Positions 25,701 to 36,500 of a stretch of 64,000 nucleotides of DNA are shown here, piece by piece (position 1 is the first letter of the stretch; every line of letters begins with the position of its first letter). The stretch is from Carpediemonas membranifera BICM (lineage: Eukaryota > Protista > Fornicata). A model generated the notes under the pieces. The model was not told where the DNA came from and searched no databases. It saw nothing but the letters and a program-made list of their open reading frames with translations. The stretch covers positions 1-64,000 of the forward strand of contig JAHDYR010000004.1 of the NCBI GenBank assembly GCA_019828565.1. Direction: 5' to 3'. Made by a program: the position numbers and the translations under genes.

Positions 25701-28700
25701 ACGCTCCACACCTTATCGGCATGACCCCTGAGCGTAGCGAAGCACTCGCCGCTAGCGATGCTCCAGAGCTTGGTGTTGTCACCAGACCCAGAGGCGAGGG
25801 TCCCTGCCGTCGGGCGAGAAGGCGACGCTGAAGACAAAGTGCGTGTGCCCCCTGAGGACGGCGACGCACTCCCAGGTCCTGGTGTCCCAGAGTCTGATGG
25901 TGCTGTCCCACGACCCAGAGGCCAGCAGAGCGCCGTCCGGGGAGATGGCGACGGAGAAGACAGAATTCGTGTGGCCCTCCAGAGTCTGCTCGAGTCTGCC
26001 CGACTCAGCGACCCACACCTTGATTGTCTTGTCCTTTGATCCAGAGACGATGGTCTTGCCGTCAGGGGAGATGGCGACGGAGAGCACCAAATCTGAGTGC
26101 CCTTCCATCGTCCTGCACACGCCGGTGGCGACGTCCCACGACCTGACTGTCTTGTCATCGGATCCGGACACCAGCGTCTTGCCGTCTGGGGAGAAGGCGA
26201 GGCTCCACACATTATTTGTGTGTCCCTCGAGCGTCTTGACGAGTCTGCCGGACTGGTCCCACAGCTTGATCTTGTGGTCATCACCGCCCGAGGCGATGGT
26301 CGACCCGTCCGGGGAGACGGCGATGCACCGAACCTTCCCACCATGCTCCATCGTCATCTTGCAGGCGCCGCGCTTGTCCCACAGCTTGGTCGTCCCATCC
26401 CATGACCCAGTGACCATGGTGCCGTCAGGGAGGAAGGCGACGCTGAGCACCTCAGCGGTGTGACCCTTCATCGTCTGGATGCACTCAGCCATCCTCGCAT
26501 GCCAGGCAGCGAGCAGATCGTCGACGGCGCTGTCGGGCTTGTCGGCGGCCAGCTTGCCATACCTCATCGTGACAGTGAGGTCGGGCTCAGTCAGCCCTCA
26601 TGCTGAACTCTCGGGGCCGCGTCGAGAGGTGGTCGAGGACGCGGGTGAGGTCGGCGACGGTGCCCTCGAGGCGGACGATGGCCGCGGCCGGGACAGGCTG
26701 GGCGAGGGTCTGGGCGAGGGCGGTGAGCTCGGGAGAGCGACCAAGTGACCACTGCTTGGCGGTTTTGTCGTCAGATCCAGAGAGCAGGGTCGACCCGTCC
26801 GGGGAGAAGGCGACGCTCCACACCTTATCGGCATGATCCCTGAGCGTCTCGAAGCACTCGCCGCTGTCGATGCTCCAGAGCTTGATGGTGTTGTCATCAG
26901 ACCCAGAGGCGAGGGTCCTGCCGTCGGGCGAGAAGGCGACGCTGTTGACATAGTGCGTGTGCCCCCTGAGGACGGCGACGCACTCCCAGGTCCTGGTGTC
27001 CCAGAGTCTGATGGTCTTGTCGCCAGACCCAGAGGCCAGCAGAGCGCCGTCCGGAGAGATGGCGACGGAGAAGACAGAATTCGTGTGGCCCTCCAGAGTC
27101 TGCCCGACTCAGCGATCCACACCTTGATCGTCTTATCCCTTGATCCAGAGACGATGGTCTTGCCGTCGGGGGAGATGGCGACGGAGAGCACCAAATCTGA
27201 GTGCCCTTCCATCGTCCTGCACGCGCCGGTGGCGACGTCCCACGACCTGACTGTCTTGTCCCAGGATCCGGACACCAGCGTCTTGCCGTCTCGGGAGAAG
27301 GCGAGGCTCCACACATTATTGGTGTGCCCCTCGAGCGTCTTGACGAGTCTGCCGGTCTGGTCCCACAGCTTGATCTTGTGGTCATCACCGCCCGAGGCGA
27401 TGGTCGACCCGTCCGGGGAGACGGCGATGCACCGAACCTTCCCGCCATGCTCCATCGTCGTGCACACGCCGCGCTTGTCCCACAGCTTGGTCGTCCCATC
27501 CCATGACCCAGTGACCATGGTGCCGTCAGGGAGGAAGGCGACGCTGAGCACCTCAGCGGTGTGACCCTTCATCGTCTGGATGCACTCAGCCATCCTCGCA
27601 TGCCAGGCAGCGAGCAGATCGTCGACGGCGCTGTCGGGCTTGTCGGCGGCCAGCTTGCCATACCTCATCGTGACAGTGAGGTCGGGCTCAGTCAGCCCTC
27701 ATGCTGAACTCTCTGGGCCGTGTCGAGAGGTGGTCGAGGACGCGGGTGAGGTCGGCGACGGTGCCCCTCGAGGCGGACGATGGCCGCGGCCGGGACAGGC
27801 TGGGCGAGGGTCTGGTCGAGGGCGGTGAGCTCGGGAGAGCGACCAAGGGACCACTGCTTGGCGGTTTTTGTCGTCAGATCCAGAGAGCAGGGTCGACCCG
27901 TCTGGGGAGAAGGCGACGCTGTTCACATCTCTGTCATGACCCCAGAGCGTCTCGAAGCACTCGCCGCTGTCGATGCTCCAGAGCTTGGTGGTGTTGTCCC
28001 AAGACCCAGAGGCGAGGGTCCTGCCGTCGGGCGAGAAGGCGACGCTGAAGACAAAGCTCGCGTGCCCCCCTGAGGACGGCGACGCACTCCCAGGTCCTGG
28101 TGTCCCAGAGTCTGATGGTCTTGTCGCCAGACCCAGAGGCCAGCAGAGCGCCGTCCGGGGAGATGGCGACGGCGGCGACAGAATTCGTGTGGCCCTCCAG
28201 AGTCTGCTCGAGTCTGCCCGACTCAGCGATCCACACCTTGATTGTCTTGTCCTTTGATCCAGAGACGATGGTCTTGCCGTCGGGGGAGATGGCGACGGAG
28301 AGAACCCAATCTGAGTGCCCTTCCATCGTCCTGCACACGCCGGTGGCGACGTCCCACGACCTGACTGTCTTGTCATCGGATCCGGACACCAGCGTCTTGC
28401 CGTCTCGGGAGAAGGCGAGGCTGTTCACAATATCGGTGTGTCCCTCGAGCGTCTTGACGAGTCTGCCGCGCCTCCACAGCTTGATCTTGCGGTCAGTCCC
28501 GCCCGAGGCGATGGTCGACCCGTCCGGGGAGACGGCGATGCACCGAACAGCCCCGCCATGCTCCATCGTCATCTTGCACACGCCGCGCTTGTCCCACAGC
28601 TTGGTCGTCCCATCTGATGACCCGGTGACCATGGTGCCGTCAGGGAGGAAGGCGACGCTGAACACGTCATCGGTGTGACCCTTCATCGTCTGGATGCACT

Positions 28701-29144
28701 CAGCCATCCTCGCATGCCAGGCAGCGAGCAGATCGTCGACGGCGCTGTCGGGCTTGTCGGCGGCCAGCTTGCCATACCTCATCGTGACAGTGAGGTCGGG
28801 CTCAGTCAGCCTCATGCTGAACTCTCTGGGCAGCCCGTCCAATGTCGAGAGGTGGTCGAGGACGCGGGTGAGGTCTGTAGCAGTGAGGGGCGTGGATCCG
28901 ATGGGCTTGAGGTGGAGCTTGTCCTCTGGGGCGAAGATGCGCGTCGTGGCGTCTCTGATCATGTCATCTACTGCTCTGCACTCGCTGCTGCGTGATATTC
29001 TCGGGGAGGACGCACCATTGCTCAGATCTACTGCGTAAACGCTCTTGAACTCGCCGCGGGCTGCATCTCTGCACCAACGGGATAGGGAACGTACCAGCTG
29101 CGTAAGTGGGAGGCGTGGAACGAACTTTCTGCATCGTCGCTGAT

Positions 29145-30419
29145 TCATCTCGCTGAATTTGGATGGTGTTTGCGACTTTGAGCAGTCCGACATCGTGACG
29201 TCCCAAAAAGTTCGTGTTTGTCCAGGTGTCTCTGGTGGCAGCCATCGTCGAGATGGCGTGACTCGCCGCCCACTGCGGGGTGATGCCGCCAATCAAATGA
29301 TGAGCCTCCTTCCTCGGCCCCAGGTCGCACACGACGAGTTGCCTCGATCTGTCTCCCCGTCACAGCCACGAGCTTCGTCCCTACAGCCGTGAGCACGTGG
29401 GCGCCCTGCTCTGCGTCGGGCAGGATGTGGTCTCTGTGGGGGTGGCTGTTGAACGAGCCGTTGTTGTGGTACACAACTGCCCCACCGCGCTCGTCGCCGG
29501 CGATGATGTGGCCTTGGGCCGAGAACGAGGCAGCCAGCATTGATCGCTGACACCTATGGTTCGAGAAGACCGTCAGGGGCCGAGTAAGATGTCTCGCGTC
29601 CCACAGCTTGACGGTCGAGTCCCGACCCGAGCTGAGTATCTCCCCATGCGGCGAGACATCGAGAGTGTTGAGAGCATGTCGGTGTGCCCTCACAGCCTCA
29701 CCCCAGGTATCGGCGCGAGGGTCGTAGAGGCTAAAGTACCCGGCCCTGTTAGTAACAACCAGGCTGGGGTCGGCGGTGTCGCCATGGAGCTGTCTGATGG
29801 CGGAGGGGCCGGTGCTCACCCCCGATGGATGGCATGTGGGAGATGGAAGCACGCGAGGACAGCCGCATGCTGTGGACGTCCCGGGAGACTATCGTGCCGT
29901 CGATCAGGCCATGTAGAGGCGAGGCAGCGGCCAAAGGATTTTACCGTCTAGTGAAGCTCATCTGCGTGGCTGTGGGCGTGTTCATGAAGCTCTGCTCGTA
30001 CCCGCCCCGCTGCCCGAGCACGGTCGCCACGCCCATGACGGAGCCGGCAGTCATCGCCTTTGGAAAGGGCGTTCGAGCGCTTCCCGCCGAACACAAGGCC
30101 TGACGCCTCGTAGAGGAGGTCTCGGCTCTTCCCTGCCGGGGGTGTGTCCAAGGTACCGCTTGAACCCAGAGGAGAGCTTCTCGTCGGGGGTCTCCTCCGC
30201 GGCAGTGGTGCTCGCCGCACGCTCGAGAATGGACCGCCTGAGCAACGCGTCCCTTGTTCTCGTACTCCTTCAGCCTCTTGTCGAGCTCCCTCTCGCGCTC
30301 AGTGGCTTCCCTTTAACCTGCGAAGGGATGAAGCCCCTCGACTCCAGCTGGAGCATGAAGCGGCGCTGCTGTATTGGACTGGCGTACTTCCATAGTGAGT
30401 CGGGCAGCCTCTCGCCCAT
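29145..30419 (-). CDS. Diverged WD40-repeat protein 'W', copy 2 (frameshifted)
   Basis: ORF 29145-29852 (FSLYDPRAD...LSSGRDSTVKLWDARHL); ATG at 30419 as in copy 1. Confidence 0.6.
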
Positions 30420-30449
30420 AATAAAAATAAATGCGATGGAATAAATATA

Positions 30450-31760
30450 AAAGCGTCTCGAGCGTCCTGTTCTTGCCGCCCCCCGACGCCCCGCCTGTCC
30501 CTCCATATGCCCACGAGCATCCCCCGGCTATAGCGTACCTTGCCCGCCTCTTCCGTTCGACCCAGGCCCTCCAATGCCGCTGGATCATTCTCACAGTCGA
30601 GTCGAGAGTCAGGTCGCCCTTGCTGGTGGCCATACTGCCGGAGACTCTCCCTCGTGTCCAGTCTGGGGCCACTGGGGAGAGCGAGGTGACCTGGAAGTCC
30701 CGACCCCTGCAGAGGTTTCACAGTGAGGTTGGGCGGGTCGTCTCGTTGCCCACCAATGTATGAAAGCGACCCGATGGCCTGGCGGTGGGCCTTCGCTGCG
30801 TCCATGGACTCACGCAGCGCTGCCTCCCTTCTCGGCCTCGAGCTTGCGGACCTGCCGGGCGAGCGTGTTGGTGTACCCGACAATTCCGGTGCGTCTGCGG
30901 CCCTTCACGTGGGGGTAGGCGGAGCAGTGCGCGCTCTCCAAGGCTTCCATGCGCTCCTTTGTCCGCTGCGTGGCCGTAATCTGCGCCGTAGTGATTTCTA
31001 GCACCTTCGCTGACCTGAACGCCTCGATCGAGCTTGCTGCGTCCACCAGGAAATTGCTGCCCGACCCGCATGTGACCACATACGGTGTGGGCGATACCAC
31101 TGCCTTCAGCTCCACTGATAACGCGTGTTTGAGAACTATAGTCCGCTTCATCGTGCGCACGTGCTTCACCTCGACGCGATGTGACCTCATGAACCTGGCA
31201 CGATCCCCGGCTGCATTCTTGATCTCATCCGCGCATTCTGAGAGAGTCTCATCCCTGTGCTGCCCCGTTCTCGGTGTGGCCATCAAGTTACTAATCGAGG
31301 TGTCGTCGTCTTCTCATCAATCTCGCCGACGCCCCCCAGCCTGAACAGTGGCAGCGTAGGGATGTCTGAGCGGCGCCTGGCATGCTGTCTTGACCCTGGA
31401 CCGGACGGTATTCTGCTCCGACTCTTGCTAAACTGCGCGGAGAGCTCATCAATGGGTGGAAGAGTGAGGGCTGCTCGGGGCGTGATCGTCGGAGACGAGG
31501 AGGACTTCCCTATAGACCGCGGGAAGCGCTGCGGGGTCGGGTTGAGGGACGACATGGCGTCGTTGTCGGCTCTGAGGCGGGATCGGGTGGCCAGGCGGAT
31601 CTTGCGCATGCTGAGCGTGTTAACGATGCTTGTGAACTCCTGTCACAGGTAGTACTCTGCTGCTGTCTGAACAGGAGCCGCTGGCGTCGACGGCGATGCT
31701 AAAGGCGGAGTCGACTTGTACTGGGAGTCGATTGAGCGTATCCCCAGCCGGTATTGACAT
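30450..31760 (-). CDS. IQ-motif hypothetical protein, copy 2 (frameshifted)
   Basis: Duplicate of 1260-2575. Confidence 0.5.
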
Positions 31761-31788
31761 CTCTAGCACATATACACACGTATAAACA

Positions 31789-33205
31789 CTACACCAACTC
31801 CTCTGTATGCGCCGTGGCCGGGAACGCGGCGCCGCTGTTGGGGTAACCTGCGAAGAAATCGGCCAGATTAGACCGCCATCCATGGTCAAACTGGTTGTGC
31901 CAGACGCCATTCTCGTATCTGATGTAGTCATATCGCATCCAATTGATTGCCTCATTAGTCGTCAGATTTGTCAAAAATATTCTTGACCTGCTGATGGAAC
32001 AAACGATAAACGAAAGGCAACGTGGCCCCAGCGATGGCAGCCATGACCACCGTCCCTGATCTGAGCACCGCAATCCTCCACAGCTTTGCCCACAGACTGC
32101 CTTCGAGTCCGCCGACGTGGCAGACAACCATAGTCAAGGGAAGAACAGTCGTGACCGCAAGCGCGACCATGGTGGCAAGTAGCATTGCCATAAACTGCCG
32201 GATATTACCCGCACCGATGCAGCAGTTTGTCCAGACGCAGTGGTGGTCGTGCCGCCTGATACACACGTCGCACGAACGGCAGTGCTTGCTGCGGAGGGGC
32301 TTTTTGACGTGGCAGGACTCGCAGATCGGCTGCTCCTTCGTGTAGTCGATCTTTGAGTGTGGGTCGTCGTTGGTGATAACGCCGGGGTTCGCTCGATTGG
32401 TGATTACTAGAAGAACGAGGGCTGCTACGGTGGGCAAAACCGCGAATATAAACACGTAAATGGGGTGGGGTGAGGGTATAACCCCGAAAAGGAACGTCGT
32501 GACGATCGCCGCGACAAGGCCAGCGAAGTACACCAGCAAGCCGACCGGGGCACGCCTCACACGATGCCACCAGGCCGTCTGCCCTCTTCGAATACCGTAC
32601 ACAAGGCCCTGGAGCTGCTTTGCCTCAGCAAGTCTTGCGGGCGTGGCACCGTCCAGGTCTAGTGGTTCGAGCGCCACGCCCCGGCCCACGAGGAAGACCA
32701 CGTTCTCGTAGTTCCCGCCCATGACCGCTGCGTGGAGAGAGGTCCGCTTCCTAGCGTCAGTGGCCTCTAGGTCGGCGCCGTGTCTTGCCAGGAGCCGCAC
32801 AAGATGGGGCGACCCCTGCTCGCACGCCCAGTGGAGCGGGGTGCGGCCCTGGGCGTCCCTGGAGTTGATGTCTGCGCCTCTAGTGACCAAGAGGCCGGCG
32901 GTGACCGGGTAGTCGCCCTGGATGGCCAGGTGGAGGGGGGTGAGGCCATTGGCTTCTTTCTCCTCAATGTGCAGGGCGCCAACTGGGTCGGAGAGCAGGA
33001 AGTCCACTACTGCTGCGTGGCCTTGCTGGGCTGCGCGTGCTAGGGGCGTCATTTGCGCTGAATCCTTCGACATTCTTTCGCCTGCATCGATAAGCTTCTG
33101 CACGCGGGAAAGATCGCCGTTCCAGCACGCCCAGTGCATTGATGTCTCTGTATTGATATTCACCTCATCGTTAACCACAGCGTTCTGCCGTGGTGCCTCG
33201 TCCAT
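31789..33205 (-). CDS. Ankyrin-repeat DHHC palmitoyltransferase (Akr1/ZDHHC13-17 type), copy 2
   Basis: ORF 31955-33457 has ankyrin repeats, TM segments and [37 protein letters not shown]. The TTxE tail is in ORF 31789-32127 after a T-run indel. Confidence 0.9.
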
Positions 33206-33572
33206 CGTCGACGCGCCCGTTCTTCGTGTCAACTCGGCCGAGTCAGCAACGGTGGCATGCAGCGCCGACGCAGCGAGGACGCTACCTTGAGTGCCGGCCC
33301 GACATCTCCACCCTCGGCTCCTGAATGATGGCCCAAAACAGTGTACTGTGTTGTCATGACACCGATCGTACCTGTTGACAGCCGATGGAAGCGATGACTC
33401 AATGCGACCATGTGGTGGTGTGCTTGGGTGGCCGAGTCCCGGTTGACAGGCGCACATTTGCTGTGGCCTTCGAGTTGATGGCTCAGAAGCGCTTCAACGT
33501 GTTCCAAGCTTATGAGTGACGGAGGAGGCCTGGCGATGGGTCGGGGCGGGTGTAAATGCTGAGCCAATCTCT

Positions 33573-36500
33573 TTACCTGTACATGTCGTTCAGCGTGCGC
33601 AGGCCCGGGGCGCTGGGCGCGTTCGTGCGGTATGTCGCGGTGACCGTGCCCATCGCGGCGAGCGCGGCTGCTCTCTCGTCTTCGGACAGCGTCATCATGC
33701 CGGGGGCGCTGGCGTTCGCGAAGGTGTCGACCTCGTGGTTGCGCACGGCGCTCTCCGTGTACATCTCGGTCGCGACGCTGTCGGGCAGCGCGGCGACGAC
33801 CTCCGCGAAGGTGGGGCGGTCGCGCGGGTCGGGCGCCACGCAGCGGCGGATCAGCTCGCCCACGGCCGCCGGCGTGCCCGCGGGGATCATCGGCCGGTAG
33901 CCAGCCCGCACGTGCGCGCGGATGGCGTCGAGCCCGAGGCGCTCCTGGCGGTACGGGATGTCGCGCGCGGCGATCTCCCAGAGCGTGATGCCGAAGGCGT
34001 AGACGTCGGCCTTCTCGCCGCCCACGCCGTCGAAGCGCTCGGGCGCCATCCACGGCCACGAGCCCTCGACGTCCGCCACGCGCTGGTCGAGCCGCGCGGT
34101 CAGCCCGAAGTCGCTGATCTTGGCCTTCTTGTTCGCGACGAGGACGTTGAGCGACTTGAGGTCCCTGTGCTCGTAGCCCTCGCCCACGATGAACGCCATG
34201 GCCGCCGCGATGTCGCGCGCGAACTGCAGCCGCGCGTCCCAGGGCAGGTCGGCCTTCGAGAGCAGCAGCGCCGAGAGCGACCCCGACGCGAGCTCGAGCG
34301 CGAGCCGGATCTCCCGGTCGTCCTGCTCGAGCGCGTAGAGCGCGACGACGTTGCTGTGGCGCAGCTGCTTGTGGATGAAGATCTCGCTCTGGAGTCGGTC
34401 GGCCTGCACCGCGTTCAGGTCGGCCCGCGCGACGACCTTGACGGCGCAGGCGGTGCCGCCGTACGTGCCGCGGAAGACGGCCGCCATGCCGCCCTCGCCG
34501 ATGCGGTCGGCCTGGCTGAACGCGATGCTGCCCGCCGGCTTCGTGATGTCCGCGTTGAGGTCGGGCTGCACGAGCGGCTCGGGCGTCTGGTCCTGGATCA
34601 GGAGATACTGCAGGTTGCTGCCCTTCTTGACTGTCTGCGCAGCCGTCTTGCCCTTGTACGCCGCGGCCCGGTCGGCGCCGTGCTTCAGCAGCAGGCTGAC
34701 GATGTCGAAGTTGCCCGCCTTGACGGCAGCGAAGAGCGGCGGCATCTTGCCGTCCACGCCGTTCGCGGACACGCCCGCCGCGAGCAGCCGCTTCACGGCA
34801 GCGGTGTCGCCCTGCATGATGGCGTCGCTGAGCTGCTTTGTCAGGGCGTCGTTGATGGCGGCCCGGATCACGCCGGCCATAAGCGGGTCGGCCACGCCCT
34901 TTACGACCTGCAGCGCGTTGACGCCGACCGGCGGGAGGAGGGGGTCGGCGCCGCGGGCGAGCAGCTTCGTCGCGGAGTCCCAGTGGCCGCCCTGGATGGC
35001 GACCACGAGCGCAGTCGTGTTCCGGCTGACGGTGTCGATGTCAACCCTCGCGGCCAGCATCGCGGCCAGCATCGGCGGCTTGGCGACGGCGGCCAGCAGT
35101 GGGTGGCCGTCCGGGAAGGCGTCGTCGAGCAGGCAGCCGGCCTTGAGCAGCGCCGCGAAGGCCTGCGGCTGGTCGTGCACGAACGCGCTGTGCAGCGGCG
35201 ACCGGCGCTCGCGATCGAGGCAGTTGAGGACGACGGGGCCGAACTTGACACTCCGGAGCAGCGTCTTCGAGCGCATCTTGGCGACGTCGCCGCTGATGAT
35301 GTGCGCGTGGAGCTCGTCGCTCCTCTCCAGCGCCTCCTTGACGCGGCCCCTGAGCGCGGGCATCGGGTCATTGGCGAGCGCCTGCACGGGCTGGAGGCGG
35401 GCGAGGCCGGTCCTCAGCGCGAGCACTCGCGCCTCGTGCTGCGTCGCGTGCGGGCCGGCGGCGGCCAGCAGGGACTCGGCTTGGGCCAGCAGGCGCTTGG
35501 CGTCGCTCAGATCCGCGGCCACGTACAGCGCTTCGTCAACGGCGTCGAGAGCACGTGTTTCAGCCAACAGTGTCAGTAACATAGGGTGGCGGTTGAGTAG
35601 CTCGAGAAGGGCTTCAACATCGGCGGCTTGGCTCGACGTGAATCCGGTAGGACCAAGAGAGACGGTGCATTCGGGGTGGGCCAGCCTCATCTCGAAGGAG
35701 CGGGGCAGGCCCGTGGCGAGGATGTGTATGACGACCCGCGCCAGATCGGCGAGGTAGAGGGGCGAGTCGTCGGACGGCAGGCGGATGTCGGCGCCGAGTG
35801 TGGGTCGGGCGCAGACCTCCTTGATCTCTGGTGAGTTAGTGGAGGACCACTGCTTGGCGGTGTTGTCCACCGATCCAGAGAGCAGGGTCGACCCCTCTGG
35901 GGAGAAGGCGACGCTGTTCACATCTCTGCCATGACCCCAGAGCGTCTCGAAGCACTCGCCGCTGCCGATGCTCCAGAGCTTGGTGGTGTTGTCCCAAGAC
36001 CCAGAGGCGAGGGTCCTGCCGTCGGGCGAGAAGGCGACGCTGCGGACAAAGCTCGCGTGCCCCCTGAGGACGGCGACGCACTCCCAGGTCCTGGTGTCCC
36101 AGAGTCTGATGGTCTTGTCGCCAGACCCAGAGGCCAGCAGAGCGCCGTCCGGGGAGATGGCGACGGCGGCGACAGAATTCGTGTGGCCCTCCAGAGTCTG
36201 CTCGACTCTGCCCGACTCAGCGATCCACACCTTGATTGTCTTGTCCTTTGATCCAGAGACGATGGTCTTGCCGTCGGGGGAGATGGCGACGGAGAGAACC
36301 CAATCTGAGTGCCCTTCCAACGTCCTGCACTCGCCGGTGGCGACGTCCCACGACCTGACTGTCTTGTCCCAGGATCCGGACACCAGCGTCTTGCCGTCTG
36401 GGGAGAAGGCGAGGCTCCACACATTATTGGTGTGTCCCTCGAGCGTCTTGACGAGTCTGCCGGTCTGGTCCCACAGCTTGATCTTGTGGTCATCACCGCC

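Larger units (their letters stand above)
15202..29148 (-). pseudogene. WD40-array gene B: leader + 5 WD40 propellers + connector + helical region + three CbxX/SpoVK-type AAA+ domains + coiled coil + CPxGxxW...RCAGGSH tail; interrupted by an LTR retrotransposon (15474-19746)
   Basis: Walker A/B pairs GNPGTGKST/VFIDEAYQL, GNPGTGKTT/LLIDECYSL and GSPGTGKTT/FFVDEAYGL. The coiled coil ERRKREA|EERRRKEE resumes exactly across the insertion. Tail [24 protein letters not shown]. Many indels. Confidence 0.85.

Noticed and set aside
1-33500. Programmed frameshifting or mass pseudogenisation suggested by the many frameshifts
   Set aside because: Most indels are +/-1 in homopolymers, differ between duplicate copies and also hit a conserved gene (capping protein), so they are most likely long-read consensus errors. 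The T-run shift shared by both DHHC copies remains unresolved.
33516-35757. Long antisense ORFs over the kinase/ankyrin and WD40 genes (also 49441-51718, 4338-6397, 47576-48622)
   Set aside because: Expected shadows of GC-rich codon usage; the translations have no domain features.
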